NCBI GenBank assembly: GCA_002189035.1
Contig: CM007992.1
Span: forward strand, 1,798,001-1,862,000
From: Utricularia gibba
Lineage: Eukaryota; Plantae; Magnoliophyta
Length of the DNA stretch: 64,000 nucleotides
Direction: 5' to 3'
In this document: positions 49,811 to 62,299 of the stretch, piece after piece
How the letters are laid out: every line of letters begins with the position of its first letter
Numbering within the stretch: the first letter of the stretch is position 1
Notes under the pieces: generated by a model
What the model saw: the letters and a program-made list of their open reading frames with translations, nothing else
Told to the model about the DNA's origin: nothing
Databases searched by the model: none
Position numbers and translations under genes: made by a program

Positions 49811-52336
49811 CATATATCTAGGATGCTTTGAAAACAAAAATAGCGAGAACTTATTGTTTCGGTAAGAACAACATACGAAAATTAGCATTTTTAATTTAAT
49901 TTCACAATTTTTTTTTGAAAAAGTATTTTATCCTAATTGAACTACAGTAGGAAAAGACACCAATGGGGATGAGGATCACGACAATTTTTGTCTTGGGCGC
50001 GAAATTTCGCAAGTCAGGGCATTGTGGGGGAGGACAAAGTAATCCATTTTGGTTTGTCACCATCGAAACAGCTTACTTTCCTAGAAAAATTTATAAAATA
50101 ACTGTAGTGTATGTATTACGCGATTTGCACTTCACCATATCGTTTAATATGATTTCTTTTCATTATTTAAAAGAAAATTAAAATCAAGTTATAATAATTT
50201 CAAAGCATTGAATACAATGCAAATTCCATCAAATGCCATTTTTTTGTTTTTTTGTTTTTACATAAAAGACGTTTTAATATAATAAATTGATTAGTATCTA
50301 CCGATCAGAAAAATTACATAGAAAAATGTGTGGATTTATATATAATTCTCATAAAATAGAGTGAATTATCATTTCATGAATTTGAAGGACAAAATCATGA
50401 AAACTTAGAAAAGTAGGTTGACACATTTTCTGATGTGACCCACTAAATAAGTGGTATTTAGAAACTTATATCTTGGGTTTTCAATGAAATAATCCTAAGA
50501 GAATAAAATGCCCTCAAAAAATTAATATCATTACAACTCAATCTATGGAAATAATGATATACTCACAGAAAAAATAAGAAGAAAATGAGAAGTAGAAGTG
50601 TATTAGTAAATCCAAAAAGTAGAAGTGTAACAAAAATAAACTATAACAAATCTATCAAAAATATAATGCAAACCATGTTTCATCAATCTCATAAAAGTAG
50701 AAGTGTATTAGTAAATCCAAAAAGCATAACTAATCATTCCTATAAAACAAACTTAGTTTTGCAAACAATCTTCTATTGATCTTCTTTTCTTATCCTAATT
50801 TGATAATATCCATTATAAATGCATTCTTAGATAAAAATGCATGATTTATGGAATTTATCCAACATATCATCAAGCTGAGATGGAGGATGGTTGCGTGTAA
50901 CTATTATTTGATTGATGGCCTTGCAATTTATGCATATCCTCCATATTCCATCATGTGTTTCGGTTCTGATAACATTACACTAAGTATGGAGTAACACTTT
51001 TTCCTCACTAAGCCCATCGTCATGAGTTTCTGCACTTGTTGTTGAATCTCCTTTGTTTTTTTTTTGGGTTTGCCATATATGTAAAATGATTTCATAACTT
51101 GTAACAAAGTCTATTTGATGTCAATTTATCTATATGGTAGTAACCCAAGTACTACTTCAAGAAAAATATCAATCAACTCTTGCAAAATAGATTGAATGCA
51201 AGTAGGAAGATACTCTTGCGAGTGAGAGTCATGTGACATAGTGATAAACAAAAAATTCCTAATGTCAATGTAAAAATAGAATTTTTGTATCAAATAAATT
51301 TGTAAACCCTAATCTGTACAACACACAAATAAAACACTAATTGCATAGTAGAATTTTGGGATCAATCACAAAGAGCGAATGCTTTCTATGTGTCTTAGCC
51401 TATGCATAATAATAGAATGATTTCTGTCTTAGTCAAAATTAGAACTAATAGCGACACACAAATTCAATAAGTAAGATCGAGTTACATATCAAAAAGTAAC
51501 AAGTACTAATTCTAAATATAGGGCAACACTAAGATGTCTCAAGGGTATTTAGTTGGTACGAGGTTTAAGTTCCTTATCTAATCCACAATTTGTTTATTTG
51601 TATACTCGAAACAATCAAAGTCTACTGAGGTTAGTTTTCATGTTTCCGGCTAAGTTAGTTCTTAATATCATCACTCATTTTACATTTAGGTTTACTTGCA
51701 TTTGAAATATGTAGAACTAAGTCTATTTGGTTTTACTAATTCTATATTGGACTAACATCTACTACCCCAGTCTTGATTTGTTGATCAACTTTTAAATGAA
51801 GTATCTTATTAGCAATGTTGTTCACCTCCCCCTTAGGTCTACTTTAGGAATGTAGAAACAAACTGCTAACGCACAAAATCGTAGATTATATAACAATGCT
51901 AAACCACATCACCTTCCAACACCTTAAGGCATTGCTAAACTTAGCTACTCATATGTGAAAAATAAAGTATGATATCACTAATATAGAGTGGAGAAAATAT
52001 TAGAAACATCATAAAATAGTCAATTATAGAAACTAAAAATTCAGCAAACCGAGAAAGCAAAGAAAAATTGTTTGTTCCCTATCTGCTACTATTCACAATC
52101 TAGAACAGTAACACTAGACTGGGTTTCAATGATGTTCTTTAGAATGGAGAGTCTTCTTCCATAAAAATCTCCTTCTTCTTTTTATTGTCCTTTGTTGAAT
52201 CCCTTGTGTGTTCTTCATTCCAGAATCCCCCTTCTTTCGATTCTATCTCCTCCAAAATATCTTCCCATACTTCTCTCAATGCAAGTATTGGGTCGGTAGA
52301 ATAGTGCATTTGTTTCCTCTTTTTATGCTATCTGAG

Positions 52337-55300
52337 TGATACACATAGCGGGCCAGCCCAAGTTCTTCTGTTGCATGGTGACCCAAGCTCGGACAACAGT
52401 GTTTTTTCATTGCCCGCCTAAGCGAGATGAAGGGCTTTTTGGCATTCAAGAGGTTTTTGTCAAACCCTTCACTCCGTTGGAGGGAAGGCTAGGATTCGAC
52501 TTGATTTACTGAGTGTTGAAGGTTTGAATCGGCTGCAGAGGAAGGACAGCGCTCACCCTTGTTCTCGTTAATTAGCTGGGTTATTGTAATTCCAGCTATC
52601 GGTTTTCCCATTTGTTAGTTTTCAGTTGTACCTCTTGAGGATTGTTGAATCAGTTGTCTATCGTGATAATTGTCTTGACTCAGGCCTGTGAGCCTTTATG
52701 CCAATGCAATTTTATTGTCTTGTGCGATATCTTGCGTATATTCTGCTAATTCTCGTTGGCAGCGCATCATTTTGGCGCTAGAAGGAGGGCCGAACCAATG
52801 GCCTCTGTAGGACGACGGGGAGATGACATGTCAACTAACGAGCGCTTGGATACACTAGAGCGGTGTTTTGAATAATTATTGACTAGTGTGGAGGCTCTTA
52901 TTGCTGGATAGTCTCCTAGCACCCTAAGGAGGGGCAATTTCTCACCCTTCCTCATCGAGGAGACTCCGATGATCGCTCGGGCCACAGTATGCAGAGCTGA
53001 CGTTGGGAGTCTGCCATATGTGTGGATATTCCTGAGTTTCATAGCGGGTTGGTGGTGGAAGAATTCTTAGAGTGGTTAAAAACTGTGGAACGAGTTCTAG
53101 AGTACAAACAAGTCCCGAAAGAGTGCCAAGTAGCCTTGGTAGTTACCCACTTGTGGGGGCTGTGCCTCAGATTGGTGGTATCAGCTTTGCTTGACTCATA
53201 ATCGAATGGGAAAAGCAAAGGTTAGCTCTTGGACTAAGATGAGAAAATACTTGCGAGCAGCATTCTTACCTCACAACTACCAGCAGCTATTGTTCCAACA
53301 ACTATCGGGAATCAAGCAAGGAGTTAAGTTCGTAGAGGAACACACCATGGAGTTTCTACGACTGGTTGCTCGCGTGGAATTGCAGGAGACTAATCAGCAA
53401 TTGGTTGGCCGCTATATAGCCAGCCTGCGACAGAATCTACAGAATGAACTTAACTTATTTGACCCTTTGAACGTGGACCTGGCATATCAACGGGCTCTGG
53501 TTTTGGAGAAAAGGGGTCGTCGCCAAGGATCCCTGCCTATAGGTCAGCCAGGTTCCGAGTTTGTTCAGCCGGGGCAGAGTTCGGTTGGATCAAGTGGCCA
53601 GCCACCTTTGTCCATAGAACAAAGCTCTAACAGATTAGGAGCTGGATTTAAATGCTATGCATGAGGGGAGTATAGGCACAAGCAGACTGAATGCAAGAAG
53701 GTAGGAAAGAGAGTCATGCTATCAGAAGAAGAGCCTGTGATTGAGCATGTGAACACTGAGTATGAAGAGGAAGAATTGCTAGAGGGTGATACGGGTACAG
53801 CCATGGTGACTCATAGAGTGTGCCTCGCCCCAGACTCCATCTATGATAAGTAGTGGATTCGAAATAATATCTTCTTATCTACTTGCACTATTGGTGACCG
53901 AATCTGTAAATTCTTGATTGATAGTGGCAATTCGACAACTTCGTGTCCGAAGAAGTCGTTAAAAAACTAAATATCCCCACAGAACCACTATCCAAGAAAT
54001 ACCATCTATCATGGTTTGAGAAATGAGAGTCTGTCAGTGTAGAGAAACGAGCGCTGATTCATTTTTCAGTTGGAAGAAACTATAAAGATGCTATCTGATG
54101 TGATGTGATCAAAATGGATGTGGGTCACCTCATCCTAGGGAGGCCGTGGCAGTTCGATCGCAATGTGTGGCACTCTGGCCGTGACAACACACACACCTTT
54201 TTGTTTAATAAGGTGAAAATTGTGTTGGTACCATCAAAACCTACGACCGTGATGGCTACAACAGTAGGTGTCAACTTGTTGTCTGGGCCTCAATTGGAGG
54301 AAGAGTTGAAGTCTGGTGACACCTTAGTGTTGCTGCGATTGCTATCTGCAATAGAGGAACAACATGACCTGGAGACATTGGAATTTTTGGAAGCATTCAA
54401 TTCAATTTTTCCGGATAAATTACCAGATGGACTGCTGCCATTGCGTGAGATCCAACATCATATCGACCTGGTCCCGAGGGCTGCACTGCCCAACAGGCCC
54501 CACCATCGTGTATCTTCAACGGAGCATGAGGAGATCCACAGACAGGTTGAAGACCTCTTGAGACGAGTCTACATTCAGGAGAGCCTCAGCCCTTGTGCAG
54601 TGCCGGCAATTTTGGTACCAAAAAGGGGTGGGTCTTGGCGCATGTGCATGGACAGTCGTGCTATCAACCGGATTACTGTGAAGTACCGATTTCCCATCCC
54701 ACGATTGGATGACTTACTTGATCACATACATGGAACTACCATCTCGAAACTGGATCTCAAGAGTGGTTACAACCAAATTAGGATTCGGCCGGGCAACGAG
54801 TGGAAGACAGCGTTTAAAACCCGTGAGGGATTATATGAGTGGTTAGTAATGCCGTTTGGGTTATCCAACGTGCCGAGCACCTTCATGAGGGATATGAACC
54901 ATCTTCTTCGACCATTTATTGGTAAATTTCTAGTTGTCTACTTTGATGATATCTTGATTTTTAGTCGGGATCGCTCTACTCATAAGCAGCATCTTCAACT
55001 CATTTTGGACATTTTCCGAGATCAGCACTTCTTTGTAGCTAGGGAAAAGTGCTCCTTTTTTCGTGATTGGGTATTACTCCTAGGTTTCTATATCTCTGGA
55101 ACAGGTATTGAAGTTGATCAATCCAAGATTGATGCCATTAAGTCATGGCCATCGCCTACAAGTCTGACGGAGGTGAGGAGTTTTCACGGTCTCGCCTCAT
55201 TTTATCGACGTTTTATTCCTAGTTTAAGTCAAGCAATGGCACCAATAACTGATTGTTTGCGCCAAGGAGTTTTCAAATGGACAGCGAAGGCTGAGGAGGC

Positions 55301-57430
55301 ATTTCAGTTATACAAGTGCAAGCTTACTTCGATTCCCATGTTAGGCTTACCAGATTTTCAGCAACCGTTTGAGCTTCATTGCAATGCTTTAGGCATAGGT
55401 ATTGGGGCAGTGCTTAGTTAGAATGGTAGACCCGTGGGATATTTCAGTGAGAAGTTAACAGGTAGTAAGCTTAATTACAGTGCTTATGAGTATGAGTTAT
55501 ATGCCTTTGTTCGATGTGCCAGCTATTGGAAACATTATTTGCTTCACCAAGATTTTATTTTATGGATTGACCATGATTCCTTGAAACATCTCAACCATTA
55601 AGACAAAATATTCAGTCGCCATGGTCGTTGGATTGCATTTTTGCAACAATTCTCCTTTGTTATAAAGCATAAAAGTGGGGTTCACAATAGAGTGGCTGAT
55701 GCCCTGAGTCACCACCGTTCTTGCTTGGGTGCTCTACAAGTGCAAGTTACGGGGTTCGAACTGCTCCCATCACAGTATCCTGCTGATACTTTTTTTGGCC
55801 CTATATTGGCTAGCATAACCCAAGGATCCCGAGGATACTTTGTGTTGCAGGAGGGTTTTTTATTGAAGGGTTGTCACCTATGCATACCGGATTCTAGTCT
55901 GAGGTTACAATTGATTTCTGAGCTGCATAACGAAGGTCATGTGGGAGCTGATTGTACTCTATTTTTTGTGGAAAACTTGTATTATTGGCCAGGATAGCAA
56001 CGTCATGTAATTCGCTTTGTTCGTGGATTTCAAGTCTGTCAGCGAAGTAAAGGAACAGCGTCGAACGTAGGCCTCTATCAACCGCTTCCCGTTCCGAGCC
56101 ACCCATGGGTTGCTATTAGTATGGATTTTGTCCTAGGCCTCTCTAAGACCCCACGCGGTTTGGATTCCATCTTTGTAATTGTTGATCGCTTTTCCAAGAT
56201 GGTGCATTTTATTCCATGTAAGTGCACAACCGATGCGAGTAAGGTGGCCGTATTGTTTTTCAAGGAAATATACCGCCTGCATGGGCTCCCTACCTCAATT
56301 GTGTCACATCGGGATATGTGTTTTGTGGGACACTTTTGGCGAAGTCTGTGGAAGTTCATTGGCACCCAGCTTCAATTTAGCTCCGTCTACCATTCCGAAA
56401 TGGATGGGCAAACTGAGGTGGTCAACCGATCCTTGGGAAATCTCCTGAGATGTTTAGTTAATGCCGAGCAGAGATCTTGGGATTTGGTTCTGAGCAGGGT
56501 GGAATTTGCTCATAACCACACTAGCAACTGCAGCACTTGTTTCAGCCCCTTCCAGGTGGTATATTCCGTCGTGCCTCGTGGGCCGGCAGAGGTGACACAC
56601 CTTGCGGACTCCTCCCGTTGTCATGGAAAGGCTGCCGATTTTGTTCAGGCCCTCCAACGGGCTCACCAACTCTTTTATGAGCACATCACTGCCGCAAATG
56701 CTAAGTATAAGGCCCATGCTGATCAGTCCCACTGCCATGTAGAATTCAAGGTGGGAGACCTTGTGTGGGTGATCTTGACCAGAGCTCGATATTCGGCGCA
56801 TGAGTATCACAAACTCGCCAACAAAAAGATTGGCCCTGTGGAAATCCTTGAGAAAATCAACTTCAATGTGTATTGTGTCCGTCTACCTGCTCATCGTAAC
56901 ACATCTGATGTCTTCAATATCAGGCATCTTGTTCCTTTTTGCCCTCCCTTGAACTTTGAGGCAAGTTCTCCTTCACCTGGCAGAGATGATGCACATAGCG
57001 GGCCGGCCCAAGCGCTTGTGTTGCATGGTGACCCAAGCCCGGACAGCAGCGTTTTTTCATTGCTCGCCTAAGCGGGATGCATGGGTTTTCAGCATTCAAG
57101 AGGTTATTGTCAAACCCTTCACTCCGTCGCTATGTGCTTGGAGGGAAGGCTAGGATTCTACCTGATTTACTGAGTGTTGAAGGTTTGAATCGGCTGCAGA
57201 GGAAGGACATCGCTCACCCTTGTTCTCGTTAATTAGCTGGGTTATTGTAATTCCAGCTATCGGTTTTCCCATTTGTTAGTTTTCAGTCGTACCTCTTGAG
57301 GATTGTTGAATAAGTTGTCTATCGTGATAATTGTCGTGACTCAGGCTTGTGAGCCTTTATGCAAACGTAATATTATTGTCTTGTGCGATATCTTGAGTAT
57401 ATTTTGCTAATTCCCATTGGCATTGCATCA
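52337..57430 (+). mobile_element. Complete-structure Ty3/gypsy, CRM-clade-like, without a recognisable C-terminal targeting domain, 5094 bp
   Basis: LTRs 52337-52769 (433 bp) and 56987-57430 (444 bp) with TGAT...CATCA termini and about 33 substitutions. Flanks CTGAG/CCAAG. gag-PR-RT-RH-IN order (LGRPWQFD, YFDDILIF, DGQTEVVNRSLGNLLR). Several stops and frameshifts. Confidence 0.93.
52773..52789 (+). promoter_or_regulatory. Primer-binding site complementary to the 3' end of plant tRNA-Asn(GUU)
   Basis: TGGCGCTAGAAGGAGGG directly follows the 5' LTR. Its reverse complement CCCTCCTTCTAGCG-CCA matches the plant tRNA-Asn 3' end as I recall it. Confidence 0.7.
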
Positions 57431-59384
57431 CCAAGTCTGTTAGGTGGGTGCTTGTACGAAATTCTTATCTTCTCCTTGATTTTAGGACTTTTCTGTTGGA
57501 TTAAAAAAATATTAATAACATAGAATGAGCTAAATAAAAGGATTTAGTCCTTTAATACAAAAAATCACATCATATCTTTAATTTTGATAAAATATTAAAA
57601 CCATAGAATAAATATCTAAAATATTATTAAAAAGTCATAATTTTTTTATTCTAAAAATAGGAAAATTTGTATGCTATCATGTAGACTCCTGACAATAAGC
57701 AAGAGAATTGATTTTTGACAGATAAAGCACTATTCACATCACTATTTCTTCATTCATCTCCTTATTTTTCTCACACGCTTCTTTTGATAATCATTTTTTC
57801 TTCATAAATCTGTGTTTCTTGTTCTCATCTCCCAACTCACCAAAATACTCTATTACAGAAGCAATTTTGAGTCGATCCGCATGCACATCGTTGGGAGATA
57901 AACGAACATGTGTGATCAATTTTTCCTTCATCGAAAATGAGTATTTGTTGGTATATTTATCACGGATAGTCTTTTTATCATATTGTCATGGCATTTTGAA
58001 TAGTATGAGCCCTACATGCATTGTTACTACATCACAAAGAACCTCATCACGGTATCTTTCAATGTAGAAAGTGAAAAGAACTTGTTTAGTAACTTTGACC
58101 TCAATCATTCATTTAATCATTAGAGCTTGTATGTGTAAATGCTTTGAAGTGAGAAGTTGTCACTTCTCCACCATAAAATAACTAGCTATATTTATGCAAC
58201 TACCTTGATCAAGGATTATCTCATTGTTCCTTCATTGCCTTAGCTTTCATTCCCAAAGTTTGTTTGATCACTAAACCTTTACTTACAATAGGTTGTTGTT
58301 CATGTTCGTCTCCTATATTTCACTCTCACTTTTACTTTCAATCTCTGATTCAATATCTCCATAATCATTTAGAATCATGGTTCTCTTATCAAAGCATTTC
58401 AAAGCTACCAAGATGAAAATCTTTGCATGAAAATCATTTGCATGCTAAGACATTTGAAACACTTAATATTATGTGTGTGTCCAATAGACTTAAAACTCAT
58501 TTCCTAATTTTGAGCATTAGGGTAGCCTTCTTTATTTGGCCTAAGCTTTTTAGATTTTCCATGTGAGCTATATCTTTATTCTTAGCAACATTCCATTCAT
58601 GAAAAATTTTGTAATGTTCTATATAATTTTCCTGACTTCAATTACTTTTCAACCTTGATTGTTATATGCAATATGTCTTCCACCTCTATATAGAGTTGCA
58701 ACTCTTCCCTTGAAAGATTTCACTATTTAAATTGTAAAGAAACCTTGCTATAGTAGCTTTCCTATCCTCTGTAATATTGTTTAGATTACTACTTCAATTT
58801 CTTACCAATATTCTTCCATGCTTCAATTCTCTTGTGCTATCTTTTGTAAGTTTCAAGATAAATTTCTTTACTTGTTGGTTGGGGGTAAATCTCTTTCTCA
58901 TAATCCTCTTCATGTCAACTCAAATCGGAATGAATTCTTCATTATTGCAACTTTTTTTGAGTACTATCTTATCCAATCAAGTGATAACATAATATGTGAA
59001 AACAATGGCTAACTTGATTATCTTAGCTTTAGAATAGTTGTGGAAAAAAAAAAATGCTTTACATAAGTCTATCATTCCAAATATGCATTCAGATCATTTT
59101 TACCTTGAAAAAAAGAGATTTTCATCTTGATATTATCAATTCTTTGTCAATGTGTAATTGACTTTCTCTTGATCTTTCATTATTTCTTCCATACGAAGCT
59201 GGCCTCCAATTTCTTTGAAATCTTCCCTTAATGTCATCGTGATTAGAGGAATCATACTCAACATCATTGATTCTAACATTTTTCTTTCTTTCACAATGCA
59301 TTCCTTCTCTCTCATGATACTTGTATTCTTCATGAGATTCATTTTGCTCTATTATATAGTTCTTTAGAAATTGTTCGTGTTGAT

Positions 59385-62050
59385 TTGATATATACCATTC
59401 TCTTGGCACATGTTTAAGACCATAAAAAGCTTTATGCAGTAATAACATCTTTTATTATTCTCCTTCTTTCATAAATCCAAGAGGTTTTTGAATGTCAATT
59501 GTTAAGTGACATTTTCTTATTATTTATTAGGTTGTTTTTATGTCTAAATGTAAGTAGAAGTGTCTAATTAGGAGTCTATAATATGAAATTTAGGTTTTTA
59601 TTTAGTTTAAGGTAAGTATCCTAAATCTTGTATTTTATCTATTAATTTTACTAGTTTTAATTGAGTTTTTTCTAGAGACGCACACGTGGTAGGAAGTGAG
59701 AGAAAGAGGGCATCAGATGGCGAAAAATTGGATCTTCCCGAGCTGACATTCCCTTAATTTCCGGAAGACTGAAAACGCCTAATCATGAGACTTGACGTGT
59801 GGAACACGGGAGTCTCTGACAGACGACATCATTAGCGTACCAGTGTCAGAGCAGATGTTTGCTTGCAAGTCATCTCAAGTTCAGCAGAACCAAGGGGACA
59901 CGAAATCTCAGACTCTCATTGAAGTTCAATTCAGTTCAAACGTGAGACAAGTAGTAGTTAATTTAGTTTTCCCTTTTGTTTCTCTCTTTAGAGGAGTTTT
60001 CTCTAGCTTCTCTCTAGAACCTTGTTTTGTTTTCTTTAGTTTGTATGACCATTCTCGGCTAGAAACTTCCGTTTCTGGGTTGGAACACCCCCAGTTCTAT
60101 GTTTCGTTAGCTTATCTTCATCTCTTCTTTGAATCCGAACGGGTTTCGTATGCCTTCGCATGATTATGCTGCAATCTTTCTATAACAGTCCCCTTATTCA
60201 AGATTTATGGTTAGCTGCTCACTACCCGCGGGTTTTGGAGAGGAGCAAGGTGGAAAGCACCAACTCATGCCCTTTTGGCAGGAGGAAGTCTACGTTTTGT
60301 CTGTGGCCGTACCTCACGATCAATAGACAGGTAGTGACCTCGTATCTTGACTTATTGGGTCATTGGCAACACTCGGGCACACGCGTGCAATTCGGCCATG
60401 AGGGTACGCTGGCAGGACTTCTTATTCTCACGTTCGTCCAATGAGGAGCAACATCGGGCTATTCTTGTGCCTTCTTGCAAGTGAGTGTAAGGGAGGGTAG
60501 GCAAATCCTAACTCCTATAACTGAGTACTCGAGAAAATCAAAGAAGAAAGATGCAATGAATATAGCTGGTCAGGATTCCAAATCCAGGAACATTTACTTT
60601 ATTTAAGGTTCTTCGCTTACGTTTATTTCAGTTGTCTATTCAAAACCACTCTTATTCCCTTACTCAAGCTTCATCATCAACGTTTCTTACACCTTTTACC
60701 TTTAAAACCATTTATAAATCATAACAGTTGTATTCGGAGTACCTCACATTTCACTCAAAAACTAATTCCATGTGTTCAACACCCGTACTACGCTTTTGTG
60801 TTTTACGAGTTTTAAAAATATTAAATTTGTTGTGAAAATGACACGCATCATCAATTCTTTACTATTTATGCCAAGATGGTAGACTTTCCAATTATGGTAT
60901 GCTGCCAATGCTAAGATGAGCTTAATTGTGTCAAGCCTACCAATAAGTGCAAACATTTCATTGTACCATATGCGTTCAATTTCGTTCTAAAAACCCACTT
61001 GACACCGATTGATTTTTTTTCTATTATTTTAATTTCTTCTTCCATTGCATGTTTTTCATATGCTATCAACAAATAATTTGGCTAAGGATATTTGGTTGAT
61101 GATGTACATGTTTTACTACTCATTGTTCCAGGTCGCTATTTTTACAGTTCAAGTTCGTACATTACCTCTTCATGGCTGTTTTCCTGCTCTATTGCCTCCA
61201 TGGAAATGGAAATTGCCTTTGAAAATTTTGTTACTCGTTATTTGTTAGAGTAGATTTCATTGTTGATTTGTTCCTGGTTTCTATCATCTTTCTCAAGAAT
61301 CACTTTTTCAACATTGCTTGTAGTGCCCCTATTTCCAAGTTGATTATATTTTCCATGTGCATGTGCTAAGTTGTTCATAATATCTTGATTGGTTAATTGA
61401 ATATTTTCTTCACTTGAATTTTCCAGTTCGATTTTGTCTTTCAAATGCATATTCACCTTTTATTTGCTCACTTTTCCAATTCTGGAAAAAACTATGTATT
61501 TAGTTTTTGATGTAATCTTCTATTTCATAGTATTCTTATTTTGTTTCTTTCTAGTTCTATCCTCTTCCTTCATCAAATATTACATCTCCACTAATTATAA
61601 TTTTTTGTTGGTAGATCTAATATTTTTAATCCTTTTGTGATGTTGCTATAACACAGACACACTCCAACTTGTGACCTTTTAGCTATTTTGACCTTTTTTT
61701 CCTTAGGAACATGAATATAATAAATGCATCTGAACACTTTTATGTGTTTGATAATAGGTAGCATTTTCAACAAAGTTCAAATGGTGTTTTGTATCATGTT
61801 GTTCCTTCTGTTAGTAGTTGATTAAGTGTGTATATAACTATATTCGCAACTTCACCCCAAAATCTTTAAGAGTTCTCTTCTCATATAGAAGACATTGTGC
61901 CATGTCCATGACTATCCTATTTCACCTTTTGTTGACTTTGTTTTGCTGTGATCTATAGGGAGTCATGAATTGATGGACAATACCTGCTTCAATATAAGTT
62001 TTCCTACTCATGACATGTGAACTCTTCATCATTATCATAGCTTATAAATT
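59385..62050 (-). mobile_element. Degenerate copia integrase/RT remnant, split by solo LTR C
   Basis: KPLGFMKEG...LHKAFYGLKHVPREWY (59385-59495), FALIGRLDTIKLILALAAYHNWKVYHL (60870-60960), HIKVFRCIYYIHVP (about 61710-61750), TPIDHSKTKSTK (about 61930-61965). Confidence 0.75.
59500..60850. mobile_element. Solo LTR, unclassified 1.3-kb family, copy C (inverted relative to A and B), 1351 bp
   Basis: TGTTAAGTG...CACGCATCA. Perfect TSD TCAAT (59495-59499, 60851-60855). Confidence 0.9.
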
Positions 62051-62299
62051 TGATTTTTTCTCTTTTTTCCATTTCTACGTTTTGCAACAGGTTTTTGAGA
62101 TTTGAATGATTTCTAACCTCAAAATTCTTCTTTTTTGAGTACATTCCTTGAGAATTGAAGTCTCAATATTACTTTCATCTTAGTTTTGATTCTACTCTAT
62201 GGCTTTTATTGCTTGAGAATTTTTTAGATTTTTGTTTTTTTATTTTGAGAAGGCACTCCTTTTTATTTATTTTTATTTTTTTAGTAACTTGGAACACAT

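Larger units (their letters stand above)
51242..57679 (-). mobile_element. Athila-like solo LTR 4 (inverted; about 1340 bp net), split by the CRM-B insertion
   Basis: Ends are the reverse complements of the 14522 LTR termini (TGATAAAC at 51242; GAAAATTTGTATGCTATCA ending 57679). Flanks CATAG/TGTAG are consistent with a CGTAG TSD decayed at its CpG. Confidence 0.8.
50780..59380 (-). mobile_element. Old degenerate CRM-clade gypsy (gag, protease, RT start), split by a nested insertion
   Basis: DNIKMKISFFQGKNDLNAYLE, MRKRF, EDRKATIARFL (gag, about 59130-58640); CDVVTMH (protease, about 58030); LPTCIQSILQELIDIF, KEIQQQVQKLM, DGIWRICINCKAIN, LDDMLD (51200-50780). The frame is restored across the Athila TSD. 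Confidence 0.85.
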
